This document shows positions 10,150 through 21,569 of a DNA stretch of 49,111 nt, in pieces; within the stretch, counting starts at the first letter, position 1; each line of letters opens with the position of its first letter. The notes under the pieces were generated by a model that worked only from the letters and a program-made list of their open reading frames with translations, was not told the origin of the DNA and did not search any database. The stretch lies in the NCBI GenBank assembly GCA_008369845.1, contig MRSU01007902.1, positions 1 through 49,111 of the forward strand, given 5' to 3'. The translations under genes and the position numbers were made by a program. Origin of the DNA: Trichomonas gallinae. Lineage: Eukaryota.

Positions 10150-11283
10150 AGAATTATATAAAATATATTAAAGATATTCTGAGATATTGAATTCATAATC
10201 ATCGTCTGACATTTGGGATAGGGCTGGGATGGATTTTAAAATGGATTTGGGAAAAGTTTAGATGTATAGTCTGATTGTTCTTAACTTTCAATATTATTTT
10301 GATTCTGTTGATCGAATTGATTCATTGGCGTAAAAATATTATTCTGAACATTTTGATAAATGTTCTGCCCGTAAACAACATTTGGTTGTTGTTGATGCAT
10401 TTTGAACCAATGATTGATTCTGTTGAAATCCTAACAGATTTAAATTTATTTAATTTAGCGGTAATGCAGAATTTATATCTTGCCGCTGATTCATCATGTT
10501 TGAGAATGCTTGCTGTTGAAATATGTTTTGAAGTGGGATGTATGCATAGGATTCATTGAGATCTATCATTGGGATTCGATTTGCTGATAACCGTATTGGA
10601 GTTGTTGTGCCTGACTGAAATCAAAGCCTTCAGTGTTCGAACATCTTTGACCAATATTTTGCTGGTTGATTCCAGATAACACATCTTCAACTTCTTCTTG
10701 ATATTAAACTTCATTTGTAAATTCATCATTTAATTCATCTTTTTGACGACAATCTTCATTCTCAAATGCATCACTTGATGTTATTCTTTCATTAGATCTT
10801 TGAGGTAAACACATATAGTATTGATATACATCGATGTATTCAGAAAAATGTATATTTTGTTTATCATGGGGATATTTAACAAAATTTTCTTGATGAGATT
10901 TTTCTGGATTTGTGACAGTATGCACTGAGATCAAACCGTACAAATTTAATAACTTTACAAGCATTAAAGGCTCGCAGAGTTCATAATTATCTTTGAGGAA
11001 CATGATGAAGTAGTTCAAATAATCAGATAACTTTTCTGCCATGTCATTATCACATTCAATCAGATATGAAAATGGCTTCATCAATGCATTTCATGGATTT
11101 AACCGATTCAAGATCGATGTTATCAATTTTACTTGAATCGAATATGCGTTCGCCATATTCCAAAACATTGTGTCTCATTTGTGATTCAGGAGAGAAATCA
11201 ACTTTATTGATCTTGATTTTGATTGGAATTTCAAGTATTTCAAACAGTAAATTTTTTGTTGGCAGTCTTATAATTTCTTGCAT
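10150..11283 (-). pseudogene. Fragmented gene with a Gln/Asn-rich C-terminal part
   Basis: Overlapping out-of-frame ORFs 11056-11283 and 10704-11084, followed by stop-ridden Q/N-rich fragments (QQQPNVVYGQNIYQNVQNNIFTPMNQFDQQNQNNIES*). Confidence 0.55.
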
Positions 11284-11409
11284 ATCAATTTACTATATTT
11301 CGTTTTTTTGCATAATTGCTCAATATTTTATTCATGACTGCCAGGTTTGTTTCCTATTTATTCAGTATATCTATATCAATTATATATTTTATTCATCAAT
11401 ATGACACAG

Positions 11410-12424
11410 CTAACAAATTTCACCAAAATTAATGGCTGTAATCAACCATCTTTTCAAAAATACATAGAATGTATCAGTTTTATATAATATTCCTTCAAAA
11501 TAGGTAATTACAGCTTTCCCATCTCCATAATAACCTGTTTCAAGGCCAGACTTCATCTTAGTACTAAAGAATTTCATATTAGAATAATGAACAGATTGAT
11601 GCGTGTGAATCTTATTCGATAACGAATAATCTTTCGAAATTGCATCACATCCTGGATGCCCAGAAATGAAAGAAGAGCCTCCTGCCCCACTTCCAACCTT
11701 ATAGTGTGTCACAGACCCTGCTCCACCTCCGTAATATCCACCACCTCCACCAGATGCATATTCTGCGTTCAAATCATTTCCACCTCTACCAAAAGCTCCA
11801 TCTTCCGAACTAAAATATCGACTATCTCCAGCAGATTTTCCACCAATACCACCAGAAGTCTGTGTTCCTCCTGTGGCATCAGTAAGGGTGCAATAAGACG
11901 GATTTTCAGAGGTTCTCCTAGAATTTCCGGAGGTTCCACTCAGATTGCCTGCATGGCCCCCATTCAATATTCCACTCCATGTCACACCTCCTGCACCACC
12001 TCCAGCAACAATGATGCGGGATTTTAAAGAAGTTAAGTTATACCAATTTCCTGGATCAATTCTCAAATCAGAGGCACCACCACCTGATGCACCATTCCCA
12101 CTGGTAATGCCTTTCCCACCACCATTATATGTGGCTTTACCGTATTTATCGCCTTGTTGACCAAGATATAAAAACAATCTTGTCTTTTTTTCAAATTTTA
12201 TTTTCCCAAACACAGACGAACCGCATCCTCCTCGCTCATTATCGCCACTTGCACCAAATAATGAGATGCCAAATATACCTGGTTCAAAATCGAGTTGGAA
12301 ATTCGTGCAAAGAGACGAGCTACATGGGTTGGAGATGGTCACAACATGATTATCGACAGACACACTATCTCTATTCACATTCTGCAAAGGTGTGACAGTC
12401 ACATATTGTCTCAAAAATAGTCAT
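11410..12424 (-). CDS. Glycine-rich protein with ALK/LTK-type Gly-rich domain; start frameshifted (possible pseudogene or sequence error)
   Basis: GASG...GGCG, YNGGGKG, GGGASDLR, SRIIVAGGGAGG, GGGGGYYGGG and GSGAGGSSFISG motifs. The long frame begins at TTG 12414; ATGs at 12424 and 12433 are out of frame by one T in a T5 run. Confidence 0.75.
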
Positions 12425-12917
12425 TATTGTCATGATTTTTAACCCACAAACAAAAATTATCAAACCGCAATGCAAAAGTGACAAACGACCAAACAAATCT
12501 TTATACAACATGATGTATAACGAAATATCAACAAATATTTTGTGAATTGCAACGGCATTAACGGTTATTTTTCACAGCAACCGTTTTTGCATAAAATTAA
12601 ATGTGATGATATCAATTATGATTTTTTTTTTCGTTTATGAAAACCTTATTTTTCAAATATGCAAAACTTTTCAAATTCATGAACTAAATATAATATTTCA
12701 ACATTTCCACGCTGAGAAATGAAAGATTAATTATAAAATGAATTATTTTCATACAAATTTCATCAAAATCACTATCAATAATACATTAAATCAACAATAT
12801 GCATCAGAATGATTTGTAGCATATGAATGATCGATTTTAAACAAAATGAGCTTTGTTTAAAATCAAATATTTAATAATATTTAATAAAAAAAAGTGTTAT
12901 AATAAATAAGATAGAAT

Positions 12918-13319
12918 TTAAAAGCTTTCGCTTCTGATTGCATTGATGACAACCTTAGTTCCACGATTATCTATATCAACTTCTTTTGTATCGGCTGCAT
13001 CACGGGCAAACTCGCTGAGAGGAATTGTTGTCTTTCCAATTTCAACATCATCTGCCCAGAATGAGCGCCTGTTATATAATGATAGAACAACCTTGGAGTT
13101 GTCTGCATTATTATAAGCGAACTTATAATGCTTTGGATTGATTTTGTGGCCTGGTTTGAACTCAATAACATGTTTCTTTGTATTATTTGGTGATCCAACA
13201 TAAAGCATCATCAGACCTTTCATTCCTGAAAATTTGTTGATCACTGGCTGAATGTCAAGATCGATGGTGTTGTTTGTTGATAAGAGCAATGACTCGTAGC
13301 TGTCGTTGTTGCGTAGCAT
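12918..13319 (-). CDS. Small C2-domain-like protein (133 aa)
   Basis: VVLSLYNRRSFWADDVEIGKTTIPLSEF resembles the C-terminal half of C2 domains. Inr TCATT at 13335-13331 precedes the ATG. Confidence 0.6.
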   Translation of the reverse strand: MLRNNDSYESLLLSTNNTIDLDIQPVINKFSGMKGLMMLYVGSPNNTKKHVIEFKPGHKINPKHYKFAYNNADNSKVVLSLYNRRSFWADDVEIGKTTIPLSEFARDAADTKEVDIDNRGTKVVINAIRSESF

Positions 13320-13866
13320 GAGAAATAAAAAATGAAGAATTTTTGACAGGTTAATGATTTGTCAATTTTTTTTTTCCTATATCGTTTGTTTGATGAAATT
13401 GTCAAAAAAAAAGTTGTTGATCGATTATTATATTTATGATTTTAATCACAATTTAACCAATGTACCAAATTTTTTTTTTGACAATTGTTCGGACAAAAAT
13501 GTGTCAAATTTCCATGTGCGCTATCAAAAAATTTGGGCTGAAAATTAATGAATATTGAACAGAATTTTATATACAATAATGATAAAACCTAACAATAGAT
13601 TTTAATTTATTTGTCAAAAAATTTTAATAAAAATTATCGTTCATCGTTATATAAAAATGAATCTTCATAGCATCAAAATTGTTACTTCATGTTTTTCTTG
13701 TCAACTAAATATATTTTACATGTCAGATTTTAATATATGGCATCAAAAGTAAATTATTATTCATTTTGAGAAATACGCTATTTTAATTATTTTATTTTGC
13801 AAAATAATCTATACTTGGGTATAATATATACTAGATATACATCAAATTTGCAATAAACAAAAATAT

Positions 13867-14615
13867 TTAGACAAGAAAAATAAATATCTGATCCCCACTG
13901 ATATTCGGTCTTGGAAGTTTCCAGTTTAAGTTGAAACTCTGCTTTGGAAATTGCCAGCGAGATCGAGACTCATGATTCATCTTTTCTACAACATTGAAGA
14001 AAAGGTCTGCATTTCGATACGGTTGGTCTTCATAGCAATAAAAAGCACCATCTCTGTTGCGGTATTGATAGGGAGTGCATCGAAACATTGAGAATATTAC
14101 TTTATCAAATCCAAGTTTCGTAAGTATTGGTAATATAATTTGCAGGTCATAATAATGACCAGGAACACATATCAGACACAAAATGATATGGTTTAATAAT
14201 ATATTTGCATTACTCTGGACAAAATTGGCCCAAATCGTTTAATCGATAATTGAATTTGTTTTTCTCGGGCATGAAGTATATTAAATTCTTCGGGTGATCA
14301 TATAGATCTATGATAAATAATTGAAAACCCGTTCCGATGAATTTGAAATACTTTGGAACAGAAATTGGCATTTCAGTCTGATATTTTTTTCAAAACAATG
14401 TTAATGATTTTCAACAAATTTGTTGAGTAATCTTCGCGGAAAAACAATACATTGTAAACTCGAATATCTTCAAGGAATTCTGGAGTATTTTGCATGCTTT
14501 GATAATATTCCATTATTGCACGATCAATGATTTCTTCATCATTGGTAAAATCGCAAAATTGCCAATTTGTCGTAGAAGTTCTCTTGAAAAATCTGTATGT
14601 TGCTTCAACAAGTAA
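13867..14615 (-). pseudogene. Disrupted hypothetical gene
   Basis: VEATYRFFKRTSTTNWQFCDF...IVLKK, then a shift at an A7 run (14390-14384), YQTEMPISVPKYFKF...GQFCPE* (TAA at 14212-14210), then another shift into ORF 13867-14181. Confidence 0.55.
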
Positions 14616-14917
14616 ATGAGTAATGAGCTATATCTAAAAGCCAAGATAAATTTTTACCTTTGTATACATAGGTCTAGCTCCCAAAAAGTTCGAATGCAAA
14701 GCTTTTAGAATCCAAAACAAATGTGGCTAATATTGTTAATGACATTACTCTGGGGAAAACGAGACAACAATATCCAATAAAATTTACTAAAAACTGTAAT
14801 TCATATTCAATGATACCAATAAATCCACATTCAGCATATTTGATACATTGTTAATTAAATAAGAAATATATAAAAATAATTTATTCAAACATAACAATAT
14901 AGAAAGATAAAAATATA

Positions 14918-17900
14918 TTATTCTGTTAACTCAATGCATTTCTCATGTGATCTGAATAGGGAGATTAATGTCTCTGCAATTTCAATTTCTCTCTGTGCAT
15001 CGCCTGTACTACGGAATGCTTCCATTAACAGCATACGCTTGTAGATCTGCTCTGGATTCTTCATCTTGTCGAACCAGAAGTAATCAATTGTGTTGTGCAA
15101 CTGATAACGCAAAACTAAACCAAATGTGATAACCAAAAGAATATACAGACCAATTCCTGTTGTTCCAGATGAAGAAACAGCAATTGTCTCATACTCAACC
15201 TTTTCGCTCCAGACTTGGATGTTAACTGACGAATTTATCTTCCAATAGTTTCCTGAGGTAACGTAAGTTAATTTCACAGCCTCAGTGTTCTCGTAATCAA
15301 TTGATGGATGCATGTTATAATAGATTTTAATGTGGTTAGGAATCTTGAATTCGAATGGAATTTCCAGAGAGTTTACAAAAGATTCTTCTATGTTTCTAAT
15401 CTGCTCATCTGTCAAAGGATCATAGGTGTTTTGGATGATGACGTTTGTGTGATGTCCAAATGATGTTGCGAGCCTGAACGTCATCTTTAATGTAAATGTT
15501 GGAACGATAATATCATCTGAATACAAAACACTTGCTAAGTTCAGTGTAGATACTTTCGATGATTCAACGTTAAACTTGAGATTAGTAATTGTGTTTTGAT
15601 CTTCATATTCCAAGTCATGGAAGAATTCTGTAGTATTTAATGCTGTTTCAATTTGGTCTTCAGTGTAGTTTCTTATTGATGCATATCTCTTCCACAAGCT
15701 TGGCATGCTTGTGAAGCCCATTCCAAGTGTCGATGAAAGCGGTGGATTGCTGTAGATTGCCATCTTCTTTGAGGCAGGGAACATGAAAAACAGTGGCAAG
15801 AAAATTAACAGTAAAATGAAGAAAATCAAACATATTCCGACTCTCAACCTTTTTTCTAATTCTCTTGGATTCTTCTTGTATTTCCTGATTAATGTACACT
15901 CTAAGCCAATCTTGAGATAGCCAAGAGCTAAATAATCAGTCCACTTTAAATAAGTGTCTTTCGACATCCAATGGAACAAAGCTTTGATTTCATAAATCAA
16001 CGGAATTCTTTTGAGAATTGTATTCCTGTTGAATATAGAGTGTCCATCTTTTGCAAAATCAGGATAAACGAAGTTCAAAACAGTTTTTCCGAATTTCGCG
16101 TGAATGGAATAACCTAAATGAGCAATAACTCTAACAAATAAATAGAAAATCAATGATCCAGGCATGTATCCTTGCTTCATCTGGCAATAAAAGAAGCCTA
16201 AAGCGAAGTCATAAGCAAGCCATATGCAATTAGTTATATATAGATGGATTATTTTGTGTGAAATCAGCCAGAAATAGCAAACAAGGCAGAAGCAAAGATG
16301 CAAGATTAAAGCAATGACAAAAACTACGCCTTCTGTGATGCCAAATACTTGATTCCATGTTGGGAATAAAATCAATAAAAGAATGAAGCTGATCAATTCT
16401 ATACACATCACCCATGATGAGTTATATGTCTCAAACAAGCCAAACGATTTGAAACGTTTTGTCAAGAACTTCAACAATGGCGGTCTTTTCGCGTTCAAGC
16501 CAAATCTTTGCTCGACTCTGTCCTGTCCATAACAGAACATGAATGGGAATCCTGGTAAATTCTGCTTGAAGTATCTCGTTAAGAATTGTGTATTGTGGAC
16601 TCTGCACAAATTCAATCTGTGGAAAACAAACATAACTGAAATGAAGAAAACCCAGATTTCTATAGACATTGATTCTGTTGGATTAATTCCAAATAATGAT
16701 AAAATGTTGACTGATCCATCGTTGATGTGATTATTTGCCAGATAAATGTACAACAATTTCGAAAGAATTGTGACATTTGAGATAGACTTAATTATCAAAA
16801 TAAATGAAGTGTAGGCGATAAATATCATGTGGAAAAGCAAGCTTCCTGAAACATCATTAGACACGAAGAACAAGAAAATGTAAATTATCAACAAGAAAGA
16901 GTAAATATATGGCCTCATGAAACAATATATGATTGATATTAACACAGTCAATAAATATGTAATGTTTCTCAATGCCATTGTTAGATATCTAATTGTCAAC
17001 TCATAATATTCCGATTTCTTGATTCCTGTGAAACCGATTATATCAGCTACTGAGTGAAGCTGTGATGGAATTGATGCTGGCAAATGCAACAAGAATTCTT
17101 TTTCTACTTCATTAGGTACGAATTCTTTGTTTGCATTTGTGAAATTCGATTTCTTTTTGAGAATAGAGTTTAATGAGAAAAGTGTTAAACCGTTCATTCC
17201 TGCTTCTTCATTTAGTGGAACCAGTCTAATAATGAAAGTAAGAATTGTGTTGACTATTCTATCGAATATAGCTTCTTTCGTGAAGCTCTGAGAAATTGGC
17301 GGAATTGTGATTTTATCCATATCAGGCATAATCTGCTCTGTCATTTCTTCTTCTTTCAGCTGAGAAAGATGATTGACTTGGTTCTGATATCTTTGCGTCA
17401 ATATGTCTTGATCCAAGTTCCTGATGATGATTAATTGTCGCGATCTCATGAACCTGTAGCCTCGCAATTTAATATTTGTAACCATGCATTCATTGTACAT
17501 ATTTGATTTCATTATTTGCACGCAGAATCTTATCAACGCGAACATGATAATCAAGAACTGCTCAGAATTCAAAACACCATCTAATGGAATATCAAAAATC
17601 TCTTCAATGTATCCTCCCATTTTAAGTGAAGTGAAGTAAGGAATCCTTCCAATAACTTTCGACAAAATAATCAATACCAAGCCCCATGATGCAATAATCA
17701 TTGACTTAACCTTGCTGAAATCGAAGAACTTGGAGGCAATCAACAGACAAATGCCTAATATCATCAAAACTGTTCCATCGAATGATTTGATTAATGATGC
17801 GAAAATAATTTCCAATGTCAGCAGAAATTCATAAGTGTTCGTGCAGCAAAATTTAATCATATTTTGACACCAGACAGGTAAAATTTCCATTGCTCCAACA

Positions 17901-20851
17901 TAGTTGACGGCCAATGATCCGAAGTGTGTGTAAAATGTGAAAATCATGCCCGACAAACAGGTAGATATCAGAGCCGAAGTTTTCGTATCTACAAAGCCGA
18001 AGAATTTGCCCCATTCAGTTGGGAGTCCTTTGATCTCTATTTCTGCATAAGGGAGACCCAACCAAATGAAATATTGAAAGATAAAACAGATATTAAATAT
18101 AATGAAAATTGCAAAAGCGCCTTTGTCAAGTGTTTTCGGTGCAAATATGACCATTGTTAGTACAACAAAAGACAAGAAGCCGAAAACAGATGGATTATAA
18201 AGCGTAGAGATGCATAATGTTAATTCTAAAATCGGCTTCAGCAAATAATGAAGCATTGAATAGAAAGCAGTGTATAACTTCATTGGGAAGGACTCAGAGA
18301 ACTTGGGATCTACTGGATTTGGCACCATTGAGATGAAATAGATGAATGAGAATAAAATGTAAGCAAGTTGCAAGGCAATTGATATGTTTCTGTGTGCTAA
18401 TTCATCTGTATTGGAGAAATGTATGCCAATGTAATAACTTAATTCATCGAATTTCTTAGAAAATGAAGGAGTGATTTGATATAAATATTGAATAAACAGT
18501 AAAAGTATCATCAAAGCCAATACAATGTATGTTGTCTTTCTTCCGAATATGAATAATATAGTTAAGAACAATTCTATGCAAGAAGGATAATAATTGCAGA
18601 CACTGAATCCAAGAATCAAAAGCCAGCCAACATAGAAGTAGAATGAACGTGCAATAGCCTTGAATTCTTCGAATAATCCAACAATTATGTAATTTGGCTC
18701 TGTTTTATGCATAATTATATCATCTGATGTTGGAAATGTTAAAGAATTAAGGAAAAGTGTCCCTGCAAGCAAGGCAATTTCAACTGATGGAATTCTAGCA
18801 TAGTCTATGTTAATCAATTCATCGAACAAAGCTGAATTCAAGAAGTTTCTCGTTTCAGGATATAAAGTTGCAGCGTAAAGTGCCAAATTAAGTGTAATTC
18901 CAAGTGTTGTGAAGAAAGATATTGTCTTCAATGCGCCTTGTTTGCCGAAAATCAAGAAAATGAAGATTAATGTTCCAAATATCAAATAATAAAGCGAGAA
19001 AACTGTTGTTTCATAAAGGAAAACTAATAGATACAGCAGAAATCCCACAATTGCATGTAAAACAATGCATTTTTGTCTTTCTAATTTAAAGATTTCGAAA
19101 TGATTATCTTGTCCAATGGCATAGGAAGCAACTGCGACAAAAACAATTGGCCAAATGTAGAAAATAAGGTGTTTTGTGGTGGGATAAATGAATCCCCATT
19201 CGTCTGTCCAGCTTAAAGTTAAGAGATTCGGATTTGATATTGTAAAGAAGAACGTCAATATGATGATTACAGATGAAACAATTCTTAGAATTCCGAAGAA
19301 GATTCTATTGTAGTAGCCAATAATGATGCCAATTACTGTTATTGCCAATAAAATTTGATATGAATATCTTTCTACTTCATATGACCAAGTAATGCCGATA
19401 ATTAATATTGCACCGACAACTACATATCGTATGCATATTTCTATTATAAGAAGAATGAATTTTGCGAATCTTATTAAATATTGCAAAATTTTGGGTAGTT
19501 CCTTAGGCTCTCCCTCCAATGACGCCTTGAATTGTTCAATGTGGATGAGTCTGCCAACCTGGCTGATAGCAACAGAAAGCAGAAAACCAAAAACGCAAAA
19601 TGCAAAGTTTTGATCATAGTAAAAAAGTCCAACATCAATCAAAATCGTCATTGTATGCTTCGAGAATTTGTCTGTGAGGTACCTCAGAGACCCAGTGATG
19701 ACCATTGCGAAGAATCCTAAGTTATAAAAAAATCCAATCACAGGATAAAAGAATTTCCTTATAGCAATGGCTGGGAAGAATGAGGATATGAACAATATAA
19801 CTATCCAAGCTAGTGTAATGTAACAGGAATAAAATGTTGCGAAGATAGTTAACAAAATCATGCAAATTAGGGCTGCTGGGTATCTTATTGCTCCGAAAAA
19901 TTGATGATACTTCCTTATATGCACTCTTCTCTTGAATGATATGAGTAAAACAGACATGTAACCCATAATACAGGAAAATAAAATCGGAATCCAATGATAT
20001 CTTTCGGCTGCGAGAAAAGTTGACATAACATAATCGTTTTTGATCTCTATCTTTCTTCCAAGAGAGAATTCGTAAATCATGAAGAGGCTATAAACGATAG
20101 AGTAAAAATATATAACTTTTGAGAATATGTAATAACACAGTGCTTTGCCAAACATCGAGTAGCATATCATGATGTATATGAAATAAAGGAAAATCGGTGT
20201 GAAAAAGATGTTTGATACGGAACCACCTACAATAGCAACCGAAATCATCCATACAATCTCGAAAATCGTGATAGATATAGGTCTTTCGATCATTTTTATC
20301 CTCTTTTCGACGAAATCTGATACATTTGTTGGAGTAAGGATCGAAAATGTGAGTAAAATTAAGACAAGAGTAATAATTGATGCTACAAATGCGAATGTCC
20401 TTGTTGTGGTGACGACATTATTGAAAGTGAAACCGAGATAACTTAAAGCTTTATTTGATTGGTCAATTTTCTTATTGGTCGAGAGGATAAGGATAATGAA
20501 AGTAAAGATTATTTCGATGCCCATGATAGCCTGAATGCCAGTATATCTGGATTTGATCAAATTTAGCAGTAAAATGTGTATAATGCCAAATAAGAACAAA
20601 ATTAGTCCAGCAATATTGAGAGTTGAGAGCGTCATTATGATTAGCATAGCTGGAATAAGCAGATATGTGAGAACGATCGAAGTTTTGGGCAGAGATTTCT
20701 TGACTTTCTTTGGTTTCGATTTGTTATTTGGTTTTATAAACGAATCAAGCTTGTTTCCCTTGTTCTCGTCGACGTCACCCATTACGTCCGAGTTCAGTGT
20801 GCTGCTTGGCTCGCTGGAAACATCACTACTCATAGACTTATCTGTGGACAT
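14918..20851 (-). CDS. PIEZO: Piezo-family mechanosensitive ion channel (1977 aa)
   Basis: Dozens of hydrophobic helices. Anchor region IPLIYEIKALFHWMSKDT, outer helix ...LLIFLPLFFM, an extracellular cap, inner helix GIGLYILLVITFGLVLR, and C-terminal ...ETLISLFRSHEKCIELT, matching the Piezo LIFLYRSPETMIKWT motif. Confidence 0.9.
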   Translation of the reverse strand: MSTDKSMSSDVSSEPSSTLNSDVMGDVDENKGNKLDSFIKPNNKSKPKKVKKSLPKTSIVLTYLLIPAMLIIMTLSTLNIAGLILFLFGIIHILLLNLIKSRYTGIQAIMGIEIIFTFIILILSTNKKIDQSNKALSYLGFTFNNVVTTTRTFAFVASIITLVLILLTFSILTPTNVSDFVEKRIKMIERPISITIFEIVWMISVAIVGGSVSNIFFTPIFLYFIYIMICYSMFGKALCYYIFSKVIYFYSIVYSLFMIYEFSLGRKIEIKNDYVMSTFLAAERYHWIPILFSCIMGYMSVLLISFKRRVHIRKYHQFFGAIRYPAALICMILLTIFATFYSCYITLAWIVILFISSFFPAIAIRKFFYPVIGFFYNLGFFAMVITGSLRYLTDKFSKHTMTILIDVGLFYYDQNFAFCVFGFLLSVAISQVGRLIHIEQFKASLEGEPKELPKILQYLIRFAKFILLIIEICIRYVVVGAILIIGITWSYEVERYSYQILLAITVIGIIIGYYNRIFFGILRIVSSVIIILTFFFTISNPNLLTLSWTDEWGFIYPTTKHLIFYIWPIVFVAVASYAIGQDNHFEIFKLERQKCIVLHAIVGFLLYLLVFLYETTVFSLYYLIFGTLIFIFLIFGKQGALKTISFFTTLGITLNLALYAATLYPETRNFLNSALFDELINIDYARIPSVEIALLAGTLFLNSLTFPTSDDIIMHKTEPNYIIVGLFEEFKAIARSFYFYVGWLLILGFSVCNYYPSCIELFLTILFIFGRKTTYIVLALMILLLFIQYLYQITPSFSKKFDELSYYIGIHFSNTDELAHRNISIALQLAYILFSFIYFISMVPNPVDPKFSESFPMKLYTAFYSMLHYLLKPILELTLCISTLYNPSVFGFLSFVVLTMVIFAPKTLDKGAFAIFIIFNICFIFQYFIWLGLPYAEIEIKGLPTEWGKFFGFVDTKTSALISTCLSGMIFTFYTHFGSLAVNYVGAMEILPVWCQNMIKFCCTNTYEFLLTLEIIFASLIKSFDGTVLMILGICLLIASKFFDFSKVKSMIIASWGLVLIILSKVIGRIPYFTSLKMGGYIEEIFDIPLDGVLNSEQFLIIMFALIRFCVQIMKSNMYNECMVTNIKLRGYRFMRSRQLIIIRNLDQDILTQRYQNQVNHLSQLKEEEMTEQIMPDMDKITIPPISQSFTKEAIFDRIVNTILTFIIRLVPLNEEAGMNGLTLFSLNSILKKKSNFTNANKEFVPNEVEKEFLLHLPASIPSQLHSVADIIGFTGIKKSEYYELTIRYLTMALRNITYLLTVLISIIYCFMRPYIYSFLLIIYIFLFFVSNDVSGSLLFHMIFIAYTSFILIIKSISNVTILSKLLYIYLANNHINDGSVNILSLFGINPTESMSIEIWVFFISVMFVFHRLNLCRVHNTQFLTRYFKQNLPGFPFMFCYGQDRVEQRFGLNAKRPPLLKFLTKRFKSFGLFETYNSSWVMCIELISFILLLILFPTWNQVFGITEGVVFVIALILHLCFCLVCYFWLISHKIIHLYITNCIWLAYDFALGFFYCQMKQGYMPGSLIFYLFVRVIAHLGYSIHAKFGKTVLNFVYPDFAKDGHSIFNRNTILKRIPLIYEIKALFHWMSKDTYLKWTDYLALGYLKIGLECTLIRKYKKNPRELEKRLRVGICLIFFILLLIFLPLFFMFPASKKMAIYSNPPLSSTLGMGFTSMPSLWKRYASIRNYTEDQIETALNTTEFFHDLEYEDQNTITNLKFNVESSKVSTLNLASVLYSDDIIVPTFTLKMTFRLATSFGHHTNVIIQNTYDPLTDEQIRNIEESFVNSLEIPFEFKIPNHIKIYYNMHPSIDYENTEAVKLTYVTSGNYWKINSSVNIQVWSEKVEYETIAVSSSGTTGIGLYILLVITFGLVLRYQLHNTIDYFWFDKMKNPEQIYKRMLLMEAFRSTGDAQREIEIAETLISLFRSHEKCIELTE

Positions 20852-21569
20852 CGTTTTTTAGTATGTTTTTTTCTTCTTTTTTTACTTTTATCAAAAAATT
20901 GAAAGGTTAGGAACTAATCAACAATTTTCTCATTATATTTCATATTTATCATAAAATTGCAAAAATTGAGAAAAATTGAATTGAAATTATTATGATAGAT
21001 TAGCTATTTTTATGCATATCAATAAAATTTGAATAGTTCTCAAAATAATTTTGAAGTTGCAACCCTACAGAATTAAGTTTATATATATGGTTTCTCATTT
21101 TTTCTTTAAAGATTTTTTAAAGGTGTTATCAAATTCGAAAGCCCATTTACCAAGCTCAGCATGCATCAAATCTATAATAATTGCGATTTTCAACCTTGCT
21201 ATTGCAAAAAAGAATGAGGATAGTTTTGATAAGATGATAGATTATTCAATTTTTGCCTTGTAAAATGTAAATTTAAGAATTCAGAGCCATAATAAAATGG
21301 ACAAATTACCAAAACTTATCCTCCACACTTAAAACCATATCTAATGCGTATTGTTTTATGTTGCTTTTTTGTGTAAACCTTTGTTTGATAACTTTATTTT
21401 TTACAATTTGAAAGAAACTTCTGAATTTGCAACGTGAATTATTGTTTTTGCCGTTGAGATTTATCAATCAGTTGATGATATTACTGCATTTGACGACTAA
21501 AATATTTCAAATCATAAAACATATTCCACTCTTATATTTCATGGCTGCAGAATTAAAAGGGGCCCGGCG

